Assembly: GCA_963664435.2 (NCBI GenBank)
Contig: CAXXKM010000002.1
Span: forward strand, 352,001 to 416,000
DNA length: 64,000 bases
Source: Longimicrobiales bacterium
Lineage (GTDB): Bacteria > Gemmatimonadota > Gemmatimonadetes > Longimicrobiales > Gaopeijiaceae
Direction: 5' to 3'
Position 1 is the stretch's first letter. The number at the start of each line of letters is the position of its first letter. The position numbers were made by a program, and so were the translations under genes. A model generated the notes under the pieces. It was given only the letters and a program-made list of their open reading frames with translations, did not search any database and had not been told where the DNA came from. Of this stretch, positions 18,767-27,554 are shown piece by piece.

Positions 18767-20202
18767 CTACCGTGGCTCGGTCTCTGAGATGCGGTTCCGC
18801 CGGCGAACGAAAACGTCTCGTATCCGCTGCAGCAACCGGGGGGCCTCGCGCCTGCCGCGGATCCTCCCCCGGATTTCCCGCGTCTCCTCGGAAAGCTGCT
18901 CCGCCTCATGACTCGCTACGCTCAGAAACTGGGACAACCTCCCTGATTGGTCATGCAGTCCGGACAGGACGGAGCCGAGTTCGTCGCCCTGGCGTCGAGC
19001 CGAACCGACGCTTGCCGAAAGCCCCCGGCCATCGATGGCAGTGACCTGCTGCTCTAGCGACCGGGCGCTTTCGACGACATTGGCGATTCCGTCATGGGCG
19101 TCCGCTGCTGACTCGCGAATCGAAGCGACCGCCGCATCCACGGCGCTGGCCTGTGCGGTTAACCCTTGAACGTCACGCCTCCCCTCGTCGGCATGCCTCT
19201 TGGCTTCCGCCAGCGTCCTCCGCACTTTCTTGCCGGCTTCTTGAGCATGCCTTCCGATCTGCTCGACAACACTCTCAGTTTCCTGGGTGCGCCGTCGCAG
19301 CCCGGAGATGGTACCTCGCAGAGACGTCGTCTCAGCGGCCACAGCCGCAACGCCGTCGGCTGACTCGCGGATGGCTTGCGAGACCGGCTTTGCCGCCTCC
19401 CGAGCTTCGGCCAAGGCCGACCTGAAATCCCGGACATCCCCTCCGGCCGAGACGAGTTGCTCTCCAAGCGACGCCGACTGGTCCCCAATTCCGCCAACAG
19501 ATTCCTGCAGGCCGCTCGCCGCTCTCGTTCCGCTTTCAACGGCATCGTGGAAGGCGTTCATTGCCCCCCCAAGCGTTTCGGCGGTTTCTGCAACCCTGTT
19601 CGATTGCTCGTCCAGCACTTCGGCCGTCTGTGCCGCCCTGTCGGCCGTGGCGGAGATTCTCCCGACGGTGGTCGCCATTGCTTCACCCGAGTCCGCGAAG
19701 GTGTTGACCAAATGTCCAAGTGGTCGCGTGCGCGGTCCAAGCTGCCCTTCATCTCAGACACAGCGGCCTCCAAGTCACCCCGAATGGCCTCCTCCAAGTC
19801 GCCGGGAGCGTCCCCAGACATCGCATACCAGACGCGTCCCGCGAGCCCCCAGATCGTGGTGACCAGCGCGATCCCAAAGTTCCGGATGATTCCGATCGTC
19901 CGGGTGGCGTCTGACCCCCAATCGAAGGCGATAAGCGCGGCGATCAGGGCAATGAAGGTGAAGAGGAGTCCCAGGTAATAGAACGAGTCGCCCTTGGAAT
20001 CGCTCCCCACCTCGGTTTGGCGAATGGACACGCCGAATCCGACCATGAGTACCGATAGTACCAGCGCTATCAGCCAAGGCGGCAGACTGACCAGATTGGC
20101 CAAAACGATGAAGACCGCCCCCATGGCCAGTGTTGCCAACCAGGCTTTGCGGTGTTGCCGGCGGGCTTCCCCGGCGTCGGGTCGCTGCGCCGTGCGGTTC
20201 AT
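18767..20202 (-). pseudogene. MotA/TolQ/ExbB (ZorA-like) membrane protein with long MCP-like coiled-coil tail; -1 frameshift at 19710-19712 (operon gene 3)
   Basis: N-terminal part (ATG 20202) has about 4 TMs with GDSFYYLGLLFTF and NFGIALVTTIWGL. Adding one T (GAC ATT TTG GTC AAC) fuses it to ORF 18767-19711. The lesion may be a sequencing error. Confidence 0.8.
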
Positions 20203-21014
20203 CCCTCCACGTTGACCCATCTGGGCCGTGCCGCAGGATGGGCCCCTTGATCCAGGAAGTAGTCCTCCCAGAACCGGCGCATGTTGCCGGCTTGGAGACG
20301 CCCGGCTTCGCCGCCACGGGCCAGCAGGAAGACCGACACCTCCACGCGAGAGAGATCCACGCGTAGCGTACCGTAATCCGGGTTCCGCGAGAGCGAGCCG
20401 AAGTCCACCGGTTCGCGGTAGAAGGACAAAGCCGGGGAGTTCTGGAGCATGTCCGACGCGATCAAGAGCTGGCGCGGCGTGGTCGACGTGCGCGGCTGGA
20501 AGGCATTGACAACCGCGGCCTGAATACCCTCGAGCAGCGGAGAGACGATATCCCCTTGGACGTCCAGCAGGGCGGACAGTTCGCGCTGTAGCGACGTGTT
20601 GAACTCCTCGTACTCCCTCGCGGCGATCTGCGGGTTTCCGGTGAGTGACGATACACCGTCCGGGTGGGCGGGCACGCACATCCGCAACACCGACGCGGTG
20701 TCTCCCCTGCCGGCTCTCGATAGCGCATACACGCGGATTTCGGCGGTTTCCGGGGCATCCAACTCGATGGCTTCAAGGATTCTAGGCACAACCGAGCGCT
20801 GCACGCTGGTGAGGGAGTCGGACGGATCGACCAGGATCGCGATCTGCGCCGCGTAATCACCGTCTTCGGGGCAGTTTACAGAATCAAGGCGGGGGCCGCC
20901 GCTCATCTGGCCCCAAACAAGAGCGCTGACGAGCACGAGTGCCGATGCCGCTCCCACCGACCAGCCGGCGAAGGTCTTCCGCCGTTCCCGTTTGCGCCGC
21001 GCCCGTCGGCTCAC
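20199..21014 (-). CDS. Membrane-anchored vWA-like (MIDAS) domain protein (operon gene 2)
   Basis: N-terminal TM; IAILVDPSDS (DxSxS), SPLLEGIQ, LLIASDMLQNS; 4-nt overlaps with both neighbours. Confidence 0.85.
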   Translation of the reverse strand: MSRRARRKRERRKTFAGWSVGAASALVLVSALVWGQMSGGPRLDSVNCPEDGDYAAQIAILVDPSDSLTSVQRSVVPRILEAIELDAPETAEIRVYALSRAGRGDTASVLRMCVPAHPDGVSSLTGNPQIAAREYEEFNTSLQRELSALLDVQGDIVSPLLEGIQAAVVNAFQPRTSTTPRQLLIASDMLQNSPALSFYREPVDFGSLSRNPDYGTLRVDLSRVEVSVFLLARGGEAGRLQAGNMRRFWEDYFLDQGAHPAARPRWVNVEG

Positions 21015-22450
21015 TGCGGTCCCGTCCTGTCATAAGGATCCAGTCTCGTGAAGTCGTTCACGGCTCTCTGCTGTTCCTCCAGATAAGAGCGCAGCCGAGC
21101 TTGGCGCGCCTCCAGATCGGCGCGTTCAACCTGGCTGCGTGACTCGGACTCGGATTGGTCGATCACCATCGACGGATCCGGGGGGGTGGGGAGAGTCCAG
21201 TCCGCCGCCCAGGGAGTCTCCCAGACGGCGGGCTCCTGCGTCGAGCGGGTTTCCCCGTTGTTCGTCCGATAGATGTCCAATGCCCCTCGTACGCTTGCCT
21301 CCAAGCTATTCGCGAAATCGCGAAAGTCGCGGTACCGCCGTTGGAGGCTGTCGAAGGCGCGAAGTGCGAGCCGGCGGGAGTCGACGGGATCGGTGAAGCC
21401 GTTGAGCAACCGCTTCTGGGCGTCGTCGTGTTTTTCTTTCAGCGTCTCGAGGAGCTCGGCGCGATCATCGGAAAGCTGCCTTTCGGCCTTGCGGCGTTTG
21501 CGAGCGCGCTTGCTGTAGCCCGGATAGGGGTCGTCTTGTCTGAACCACTCGTAGGTTCCGAGCAGCCACGCAAGGAGCCCGATGAGCAAGAGCATGTACG
21601 AATAGAATCCACCCAAGCGAAGCTGGTTCCGGGCAAACAAACATAGGGCTTCCTGATCCGCGTCTGCCTCTTCGGGTCCCCTCCAGCACGCTTCGATCCC
21701 GGGCTCTGCGGTCTCGGCTTCCGGCACGGGCTGGGTCGCGGTCGGCTCCGGCGGGTAGTCGACGGCCAACGCCTCGCGGTAGTGGCCCACAAAGAGATTC
21801 CAGCCAATGGCGGCAACTGCAACCGACACCAGCAAAGTCCCCCCGATCATCTTCTGCAGCGGCTCACGGTGCTTGGTCATCCGCAGCGTCACGGCGGCGA
21901 GCAGTCCGAGCCCAATCACATTGACGACGCTGATCAACACCGCGTAACTCACCCCGGCAAAGATGCCGCCCGACACATTCGCGCCGAAGAAGAGCCCGTT
22001 GATTAGCGTCTCAACAAGTACCAAACCTACCAGGATTCCGATTGGGAGAGTCCGGTTCTCCGGGTAATCGGCATCTCTGGTGAGTTTTTCGTCACGCCTG
22101 AACTGATTCAAGTCCCCGATCGCCTGCTGGGCCTGCCCGGCCAAGTTCTCCAACTCAGGCCGCTCCTCTTCCATGGCTTCCTTCATGTCCAAGCAAGCCT
22201 GCTCGACATCGGCTTCGCCGAGAACCGGTCCACCTGGGGACCTCATGCGTGTCTCGAGGGTGGTGCGGTGCTTGTTGTAGTCGGTTAGCCGGTCCGTGAA
22301 GAGGTCTTCGCAATGGGCAATAACCTCCGTTTCGGGAGTGTCAAGTCTAGGCTAGTCGGAAGACGGCAGTTCTTGGCGCCCGCGGTCGCGGCCGTGTTTC
22401 TTTAGGTCGAACTGCTCGACCAGCTCCGAAACGCTTGGGGCTCTTCGCAT
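21011..22450 (-). pseudogene. Polytopic membrane protein with flanking coiled coils; in-frame TAG at 22352-22354 (operon gene 1; downstream part is ORF 21011-22246)
   Basis: ATG 22450 (GAGAGA RBS) reads MRRAPS...LPSSD*PRLDTPE...TLETRMRSPGG in one frame; about 4 TMs, VGHYREAL, DDPYPGY. Confidence 0.8.
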
Positions 22451-22722
22451 TGTTTCTCTCGGATGTGGGGGCGAACCAACGGTATCGGCTCCCCTTGCCC
22501 TTCGCAACGTCGGCTGGTGTTCATCAGAAGGGCCCAAATCCGATGGAAGTTCGGTCCTGATCTTCGAATGACACGGCCATCCGTCTTGCAGGAGTTCTCG
22601 GCTCGATGACCAAGAAGTGGATTGCCTCACAGGCCACCGACGGTATTCGGCTACTACCGGTTTCGAGTCATCGCCAACGGGGTGGGCCGACGGCAATCAG
22701 TCTCGCGCGACCAAGATGCTCC

Positions 22723-23034
22723 CTACAGCACCACGTCTCCCCCAGGGTCGCGCTTTCGGAGGCGCAGCAACAGCTGTTCTGCTTCCCGCAGCCTCTCCCG
22801 ACGAGCGTCGTCGTCAACGACCGAGGAGCGCCAAGCCGACTGACCGCGGACTTCTGGAACCCGCAGAACCGTGCCTTCGCTGACGCCCGGCGGAAGCACC
22901 GCCATGGGCACATCCTCCGAGAGCGCATCGTCGTCTCTTACCAGTACTGCGACCCCCGATTCGATGCGGTCGACCACCCAGACACGTTCGTTGCGGCCGG
23001 CGGTGCTCTCGTTTTTCATGTAGCCATCGCTCAA
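22723..23034 (-). CDS. DUF3006 domain protein
   Basis: VVDRIESGVAVL...LPPGVSEGTVL; usual partner downstream of ComEC-like MBL genes. Confidence 0.85.
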   Translation of the reverse strand: MSDGYMKNESTAGRNERVWVVDRIESGVAVLVRDDDALSEDVPMAVLPPGVSEGTVLRVPEVRGQSAWRSSVVDDDARRERLREAEQLLLRLRKRDPGGDVVL

Positions 23035-24434
23035 TACCGGAACACGAGCACCGTTGCGCCCGCTTCGTTGAATAGCGTCGCCTCGTCTCCGTCGTTGTTC
23101 CAGACGGCGCTTCCCCGACCCATGTAATAGTGTTCGCCTTCGTTCTCGCCAGCGCCGGTATGCACCACGACCCGTCCACCGGCGTCCAGGATCGTTTCCA
23201 CTGGAAAACGGAAGCAGTGGCGCGCGGCGTCACACAGCGTCCATCCACCAATTGCCAGTGCTACATCCTGCCGGCTTTCCAGCACCACGTACTCTCCGTT
23301 CGGGTTCCGGTTGTCGTTGCCGGGCGCGTCGGCATTCACGCGGAGGCGGAGGCCGCGACCGCTCGACGAGACCGGTTCTGGCGCTACAGCCCTACCCCCG
23401 CCGATTATCGCAATGTCCGCTGAGATTCCGATTCCATCCCCGACCCAGGTATTACGCGCATCCGTTACGCTTGTCGACGCCACCTGTTCGCCGAGCGCTA
23501 GGCCGTAAGCTCCGTGCCTGTATCCGAGAATCGACACGTGCCCCTCCAAGTCCGTTCGAAGCACGTTCGCACCCACCCCGGCGTAAGCCTGCAACGCGGA
23601 CGGCCTCGGATGCCCATAGGTGTTCCTACCTACTGAAATCACCACCACTTCGGGCCGTGCGGCCTCTAGAAAAGCCCATGTGAACCCATTGTCGCTCCCG
23701 TGATGCGGCGCCTTAAGCAGCGTCAGCGACGGCACAACGCCCTGGCCAACCAGATGCGTCAATTGGCGCACTTCCGAATCGCCGCTCAGGAAGGCTCGGA
23801 AGCTTCCGAAACGCACCACCAGCGCGACGGAGCGGTTGTTGAGGTCGGTCGTCGCGACCGGGAGCAGCGGCAGCACCTCGATCTCGGCGCTCCCGAGCGA
23901 AATCTTCCGCGGCACAGCCTCCAGATACCCGATCTCAGGCCGGGCGGCGAGTGTCGCCAGCAATCTTCGATATGTCGCGGTTGTGTGGGGCTGCCGGTTG
24001 TCCATGTAGAACCGCACGGGCATCGACTCGATCACCGCCGCCATCCCACCGATATGGTCGGCATGCGGATGGGTGGCCACCAACAGATCGATGCTTTCCA
24101 CGCCAACCTCTCGCAGGAGCGGGACGATGTTGCCCCTACCCGCGTCTACGAGGGCCGTCTGGCCCTCCGGCGCTTGAATGAGCACGGCGTCACCCTGGCC
24201 CACGTCCAGAAACGTCACGCGCAGAACGGAGTCGGAAGGGATGGCCCCGGCGGAAGTGGTCCCCGGTGACTCGGGCCCGACCAGCGCCATCCCGCGGGAT
24301 ACCTGCGGGAGCGAACCCGTGGTGACCATGGTGAGTATCGAGACCCCGGCCACCATAGCGGCGCGAAAAACGGTGGCCCGGCCAGTTGTCCGGTCCCCAG
24401 CCCGAGCGGGCGTGATGATGTTCGGTTGGGACAT
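23031..24434 (-). CDS. ComEC/Rec2-like metallo-beta-lactamase-fold hydrolase with C-terminal lamin-tail domain (start uncertain)
   Basis: FLDVGQGDA, THPHADHIGG, NNRS, KAPHHGS, YGHP; lamin-tail motifs NGEYVVL and VWNNDGD. Confidence 0.9.
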   Translation of the reverse strand: MSQPNIITPARAGDRTTGRATVFRAAMVAGVSILTMVTTGSLPQVSRGMALVGPESPGTTSAGAIPSDSVLRVTFLDVGQGDAVLIQAPEGQTALVDAGRGNIVPLLREVGVESIDLLVATHPHADHIGGMAAVIESMPVRFYMDNRQPHTTATYRRLLATLAARPEIGYLEAVPRKISLGSAEIEVLPLLPVATTDLNNRSVALVVRFGSFRAFLSGDSEVRQLTHLVGQGVVPSLTLLKAPHHGSDNGFTWAFLEAARPEVVVISVGRNTYGHPRPSALQAYAGVGANVLRTDLEGHVSILGYRHGAYGLALGEQVASTSVTDARNTWVGDGIGISADIAIIGGGRAVAPEPVSSSGRGLRLRVNADAPGNDNRNPNGEYVVLESRQDVALAIGGWTLCDAARHCFRFPVETILDAGGRVVVHTGAGENEGEHYYMGRGSAVWNNDGDEATLFNEAGATVLVFRY

Positions 24435-24768
24435 GGGGAAAGGGTAGGGCGCTAGCGGGTGAGGAGGCAAAGGTCGAATCATCTCCAACATGCGAGAGCC
24501 TGTCGGAAATGGGACAGCAGGTCTTGTGTTAAGGCGTGCCTTGTCTCGGTTAGTAACCGATGCACCTCACCGCCCGGCCGGTCCAGCGAACTCCTTGATC
24601 GTCCGGCTCAGCTGCTCGACGGTGGCGAATTTCGCCTCGGAGGACTCGTTGATCCGGTCGGCGAGGTGCTCGATTTTGTCCAGTGGCGCCTCGCCCGCGA
24701 GCGATTTTCAACCTGCGAAGGACATCGGCGCGTCCGTCGAGCCTCCCGCCTCCAGCGACTCGCCCACC

Positions 24769-27264
24769 CTACCGGTCCATCACCGGCGTCCCCGCATTCT
24801 TCACGTACCTGTCCATCCACTCGATCATCTCGGCCACGGCGTGCATCACCGATTCGCGCCCGCGGTAACCGTGGCTCTCGTGGGGGAGCATCACCAGGCG
24901 GGCCGTGCCGCCGTTGCCCTTGAGCGCGTGGAACATGCGCCGGGACTGTACCGGGAAGGTCCCGGAATTGTTGTCGGCCTCGCCGTGGATGAGGATCATC
25001 GGCTCGTTGATGTCATCGGCGTGCATGAACGGAGACATCGCGAAGTAGACATCGCCCGCCTCCCAGAAGGTGCGGCGCTCGTTCTGGAAGCCGAAGGGCG
25101 TGAGGGAGCGGTTGTACGCCCCGCTGCGCGCGATGCCCGCCTGGAACAGGTTGGAGTGCGCGAGCAGGTTGGCGGTCATGAAGGCGCCGTAGCTGTGGCC
25201 GCCCACGCCGACCCGGTCGCGGTCGGTAACGCCCATTTCGACCACCTTGTCCACGGCCGCCGCAGCCGAACTCACCAACTGATCCACGTAGGTGTCGTTG
25301 GGCGTCTCCTCCCCGATGATCGGCATGGTGGGTCCGTCGAAGACCGCGTATCCCTGGGTGAGGAAGAAGAGGTGCGAGGCGCCCCCCACGCGCGTGAAGC
25401 GGCTGGGCGAGCCGCGCACCTGCCCGGCCACGTCGGGATTCGAGTACTCCCGGGGATAGGCCCAGACCACGGTGGGCAGCCGCGTGCCCTCCTCATGGTC
25501 CGCGGGCAGATACAGCGTGCCCGAAAGCTGCACCCCGTCCTCGCGCTCGTAGGTGACGAACTGGCGCGTCACGCCGGAGAGCTGGGGATGGGGGTTTTCG
25601 AACCGGGTCAGCTGCCTGCGGTCCTCCGAGCGCGTATCGCGCACGAAGTAGTTGGGCGGGTCGAGCGGGGTTTCGTACTGGGTGAGGATCCGGCGGCCGT
25701 CGTCGTCGAGCATGGCGACCACGGATTCGTAGCTGCCGGGCGCCGCCTGGAAGAGGCGTTCGCTTGCGCCGGTGGCGAGATTCATGCGGTCGAGGAAGGG
25801 ATGGTCTCCGGCATCCGAGGCTCCCGCTCCCGTCAGGAAGATCCAGTCGCCGTCCTGCACGATGAGCGACTCGCCGTTCTCCGCGCGGCGTGTCACCGGG
25901 GTCCCGGGATCGCTGTAGCGGTCCTGCGAGTTGCGCTCCCAGATCAACCGCGGCTCGGCGCCGCCGTCCACGTCGATCTGCCAGGTGCGGACCGTGTTGG
26001 ACCGGCGCCAGGACTCGGTCAGCAGCGCCAGACCGTCCTCCCCGCGCGCGAGTCCCGCGTAACGGAGGGCCGTGCGCGTCACTTCGGCGGCATCGCCGTC
26101 AAACGGTGCGGCCAGCCCCATCACCCGGTCGCGGTGCTCCGCCTCCGCCCGGGGGTCGCCCCCGTCCAGCGCCTCGACCCACATGAGGGTGTGATCCTCG
26201 CCCGGCATCCAGCGATGCCCGCGCGGTCCCTCCTCGACGCCTCCGATGGGCGCTCCGTCCGCCAGGGGAAGCGACGCGACCTGGGCCACCACCTCGCCCT
26301 CCCGGCTCCAGACCTGCAGCTCCTTCGGGAATCGCGAGTCCGGCACCAGGTAGGAGAAAGGGCGCACCGTGCGTTCGGCGAGGATGTACGCGCCGCTTGG
26401 CGAAGCGGTGAGATCCCAGATGCCGGGTTCGGCCAGCGTTCGCACCCCGCCATCGTCCGCATCGACCAGCGCGGGCTGGGAGGTGGCGTAGTATTCGTAC
26501 AGCGCCGCGCCGTGGGCATCCTCGATCAGGTCCTGGTAGGTGCGCACCGGGGCGGTTCTTCCTTCGGCTTCCTGGATGACCGGCCCCCCGGGGACCCGGG
26601 GCGCCATGGGCGAAGGCCCGCGTCCCGACGGCACCAGGGTGCAGAGCAGTTCGCTCCCGCCGGTGATCCAGTCGCACGGCGCTCCTCGGACGCCGTTCAC
26701 CCGCTCGTCGATGAGCCGGCGGGCGCTGGCCTCCGAGACGCTCCCGATCCAGAGTTCGATCCCGTCGCTCACGGTGCGCGTGACGGCGAACCGGTCTCCC
26801 CCGGGGGCGAAGCGAGGCACGCCCCAGCCACCCTCGGGCGCGTCGACCGGCCGCTGGGAGCCATCGGAGACGTTCATCACGGAGAGGGTCGTCGTGAGTC
26901 CCGGATTCCGTCCGGTGGAGGGCCCGAAAACACCGGTCGTCGCCGGATTGATGCGGCGGCCGCCCAGACGAAGCATGGGCTGCGCCATGTCCTCGATCGA
27001 GGGCATGCTGCGGCGTCCCGTGAGGACGATCCACTCCCCGTCCGGGCTGACGTTCACGAACGGGGGAGGAGGCGCGTCGAGGATGCGCACGATCTCCTCG
27101 GGAGGCATGCGGTAACCGTCCTGGGCGGAGGCGTCGACCGCGGCCGCGCCAAGGAACCCGGCGGCGCAGGCTGCCACGAGCGTGGCCTGCAGCAGTCTCC
27201 GTGCCCTGCCGCGGAAACGGCGGACCGTGAACATGGGGCGGGGGGGTGTGGTCGTCGGGGCCAT
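24769..27264 (-). CDS. S9 (prolyl oligopeptidase) family peptidase, secreted
   Basis: WAYPREY, GGHSYG nucleophile, ARSGAYNRSLTPFGFQ, HGEADNNSGT, LPHESHGY. Confidence 0.93.
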   Translation of the reverse strand: MAPTTTPPRPMFTVRRFRGRARRLLQATLVAACAAGFLGAAAVDASAQDGYRMPPEEIVRILDAPPPPFVNVSPDGEWIVLTGRRSMPSIEDMAQPMLRLGGRRINPATTGVFGPSTGRNPGLTTTLSVMNVSDGSQRPVDAPEGGWGVPRFAPGGDRFAVTRTVSDGIELWIGSVSEASARRLIDERVNGVRGAPCDWITGGSELLCTLVPSGRGPSPMAPRVPGGPVIQEAEGRTAPVRTYQDLIEDAHGAALYEYYATSQPALVDADDGGVRTLAEPGIWDLTASPSGAYILAERTVRPFSYLVPDSRFPKELQVWSREGEVVAQVASLPLADGAPIGGVEEGPRGHRWMPGEDHTLMWVEALDGGDPRAEAEHRDRVMGLAAPFDGDAAEVTRTALRYAGLARGEDGLALLTESWRRSNTVRTWQIDVDGGAEPRLIWERNSQDRYSDPGTPVTRRAENGESLIVQDGDWIFLTGAGASDAGDHPFLDRMNLATGASERLFQAAPGSYESVVAMLDDDGRRILTQYETPLDPPNYFVRDTRSEDRRQLTRFENPHPQLSGVTRQFVTYEREDGVQLSGTLYLPADHEEGTRLPTVVWAYPREYSNPDVAGQVRGSPSRFTRVGGASHLFFLTQGYAVFDGPTMPIIGEETPNDTYVDQLVSSAAAAVDKVVEMGVTDRDRVGVGGHSYGAFMTANLLAHSNLFQAGIARSGAYNRSLTPFGFQNERRTFWEAGDVYFAMSPFMHADDINEPMILIHGEADNNSGTFPVQSRRMFHALKGNGGTARLVMLPHESHGYRGRESVMHAVAEMIEWMDRYVKNAGTPVMDR

Positions 27265-27554
27265 GGTGGTCTCTCCGGAATCACGTGGCACACCAGACAC
27301 GCTGGCGCTCGAATCTCACAGACCCGGAATGTGGGGGCACCCGTGGCGCGGGAGCAAATGCGCCGGGACGGCGAAGCCGCCCGATCCCGGAGCCCGGCTT
27401 CCGGGACCCTTCGCCCGAGGCCCCCTCGCGTCGCGCTTCCGGCGATGACTCCCGAACTCTCTGGCCCGTGAGTTTCGACTCCGGTAGCTTTCAACTCTGT
27501 CCCCGAGTTTTTTTGAGGCTCAAGAGTGCGCTCGCTTTTTCCGGAGGATGAAAG

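Larger units (their letters stand above)
15186..24560. mobile_element. Mosaic accessory island (no integrase seen; right boundary approximate)
   Basis: Visibly more AT-rich and different codon usage than the flanks; duplicated gene 5' end, gene remnants, inactivating lesions and defence-like hypothetical genes. Confidence 0.6.

Noticed and set aside
22352..22354. Amber recoding (pyrrolysine or alternative genetic code)
   Set aside because: TAG is a normal stop in many genes here (serA, infA, S9 peptidase) and no pyl genes are visible.
15186..24560. Prophage, IS or integron
   Set aside because: No phage structural genes, transposase, integrase or convincing attC pairs seen.
24567..24725. Minus-strand mini-ORF MSFAG*KSLAGEAPLDKIEH... 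with an in-frame TGA (possible selenoprotein)
   Set aside because: No redox motif, weak RBS spacing and only a very short hairpin after the TGA; more likely a gene remnant at the island edge.
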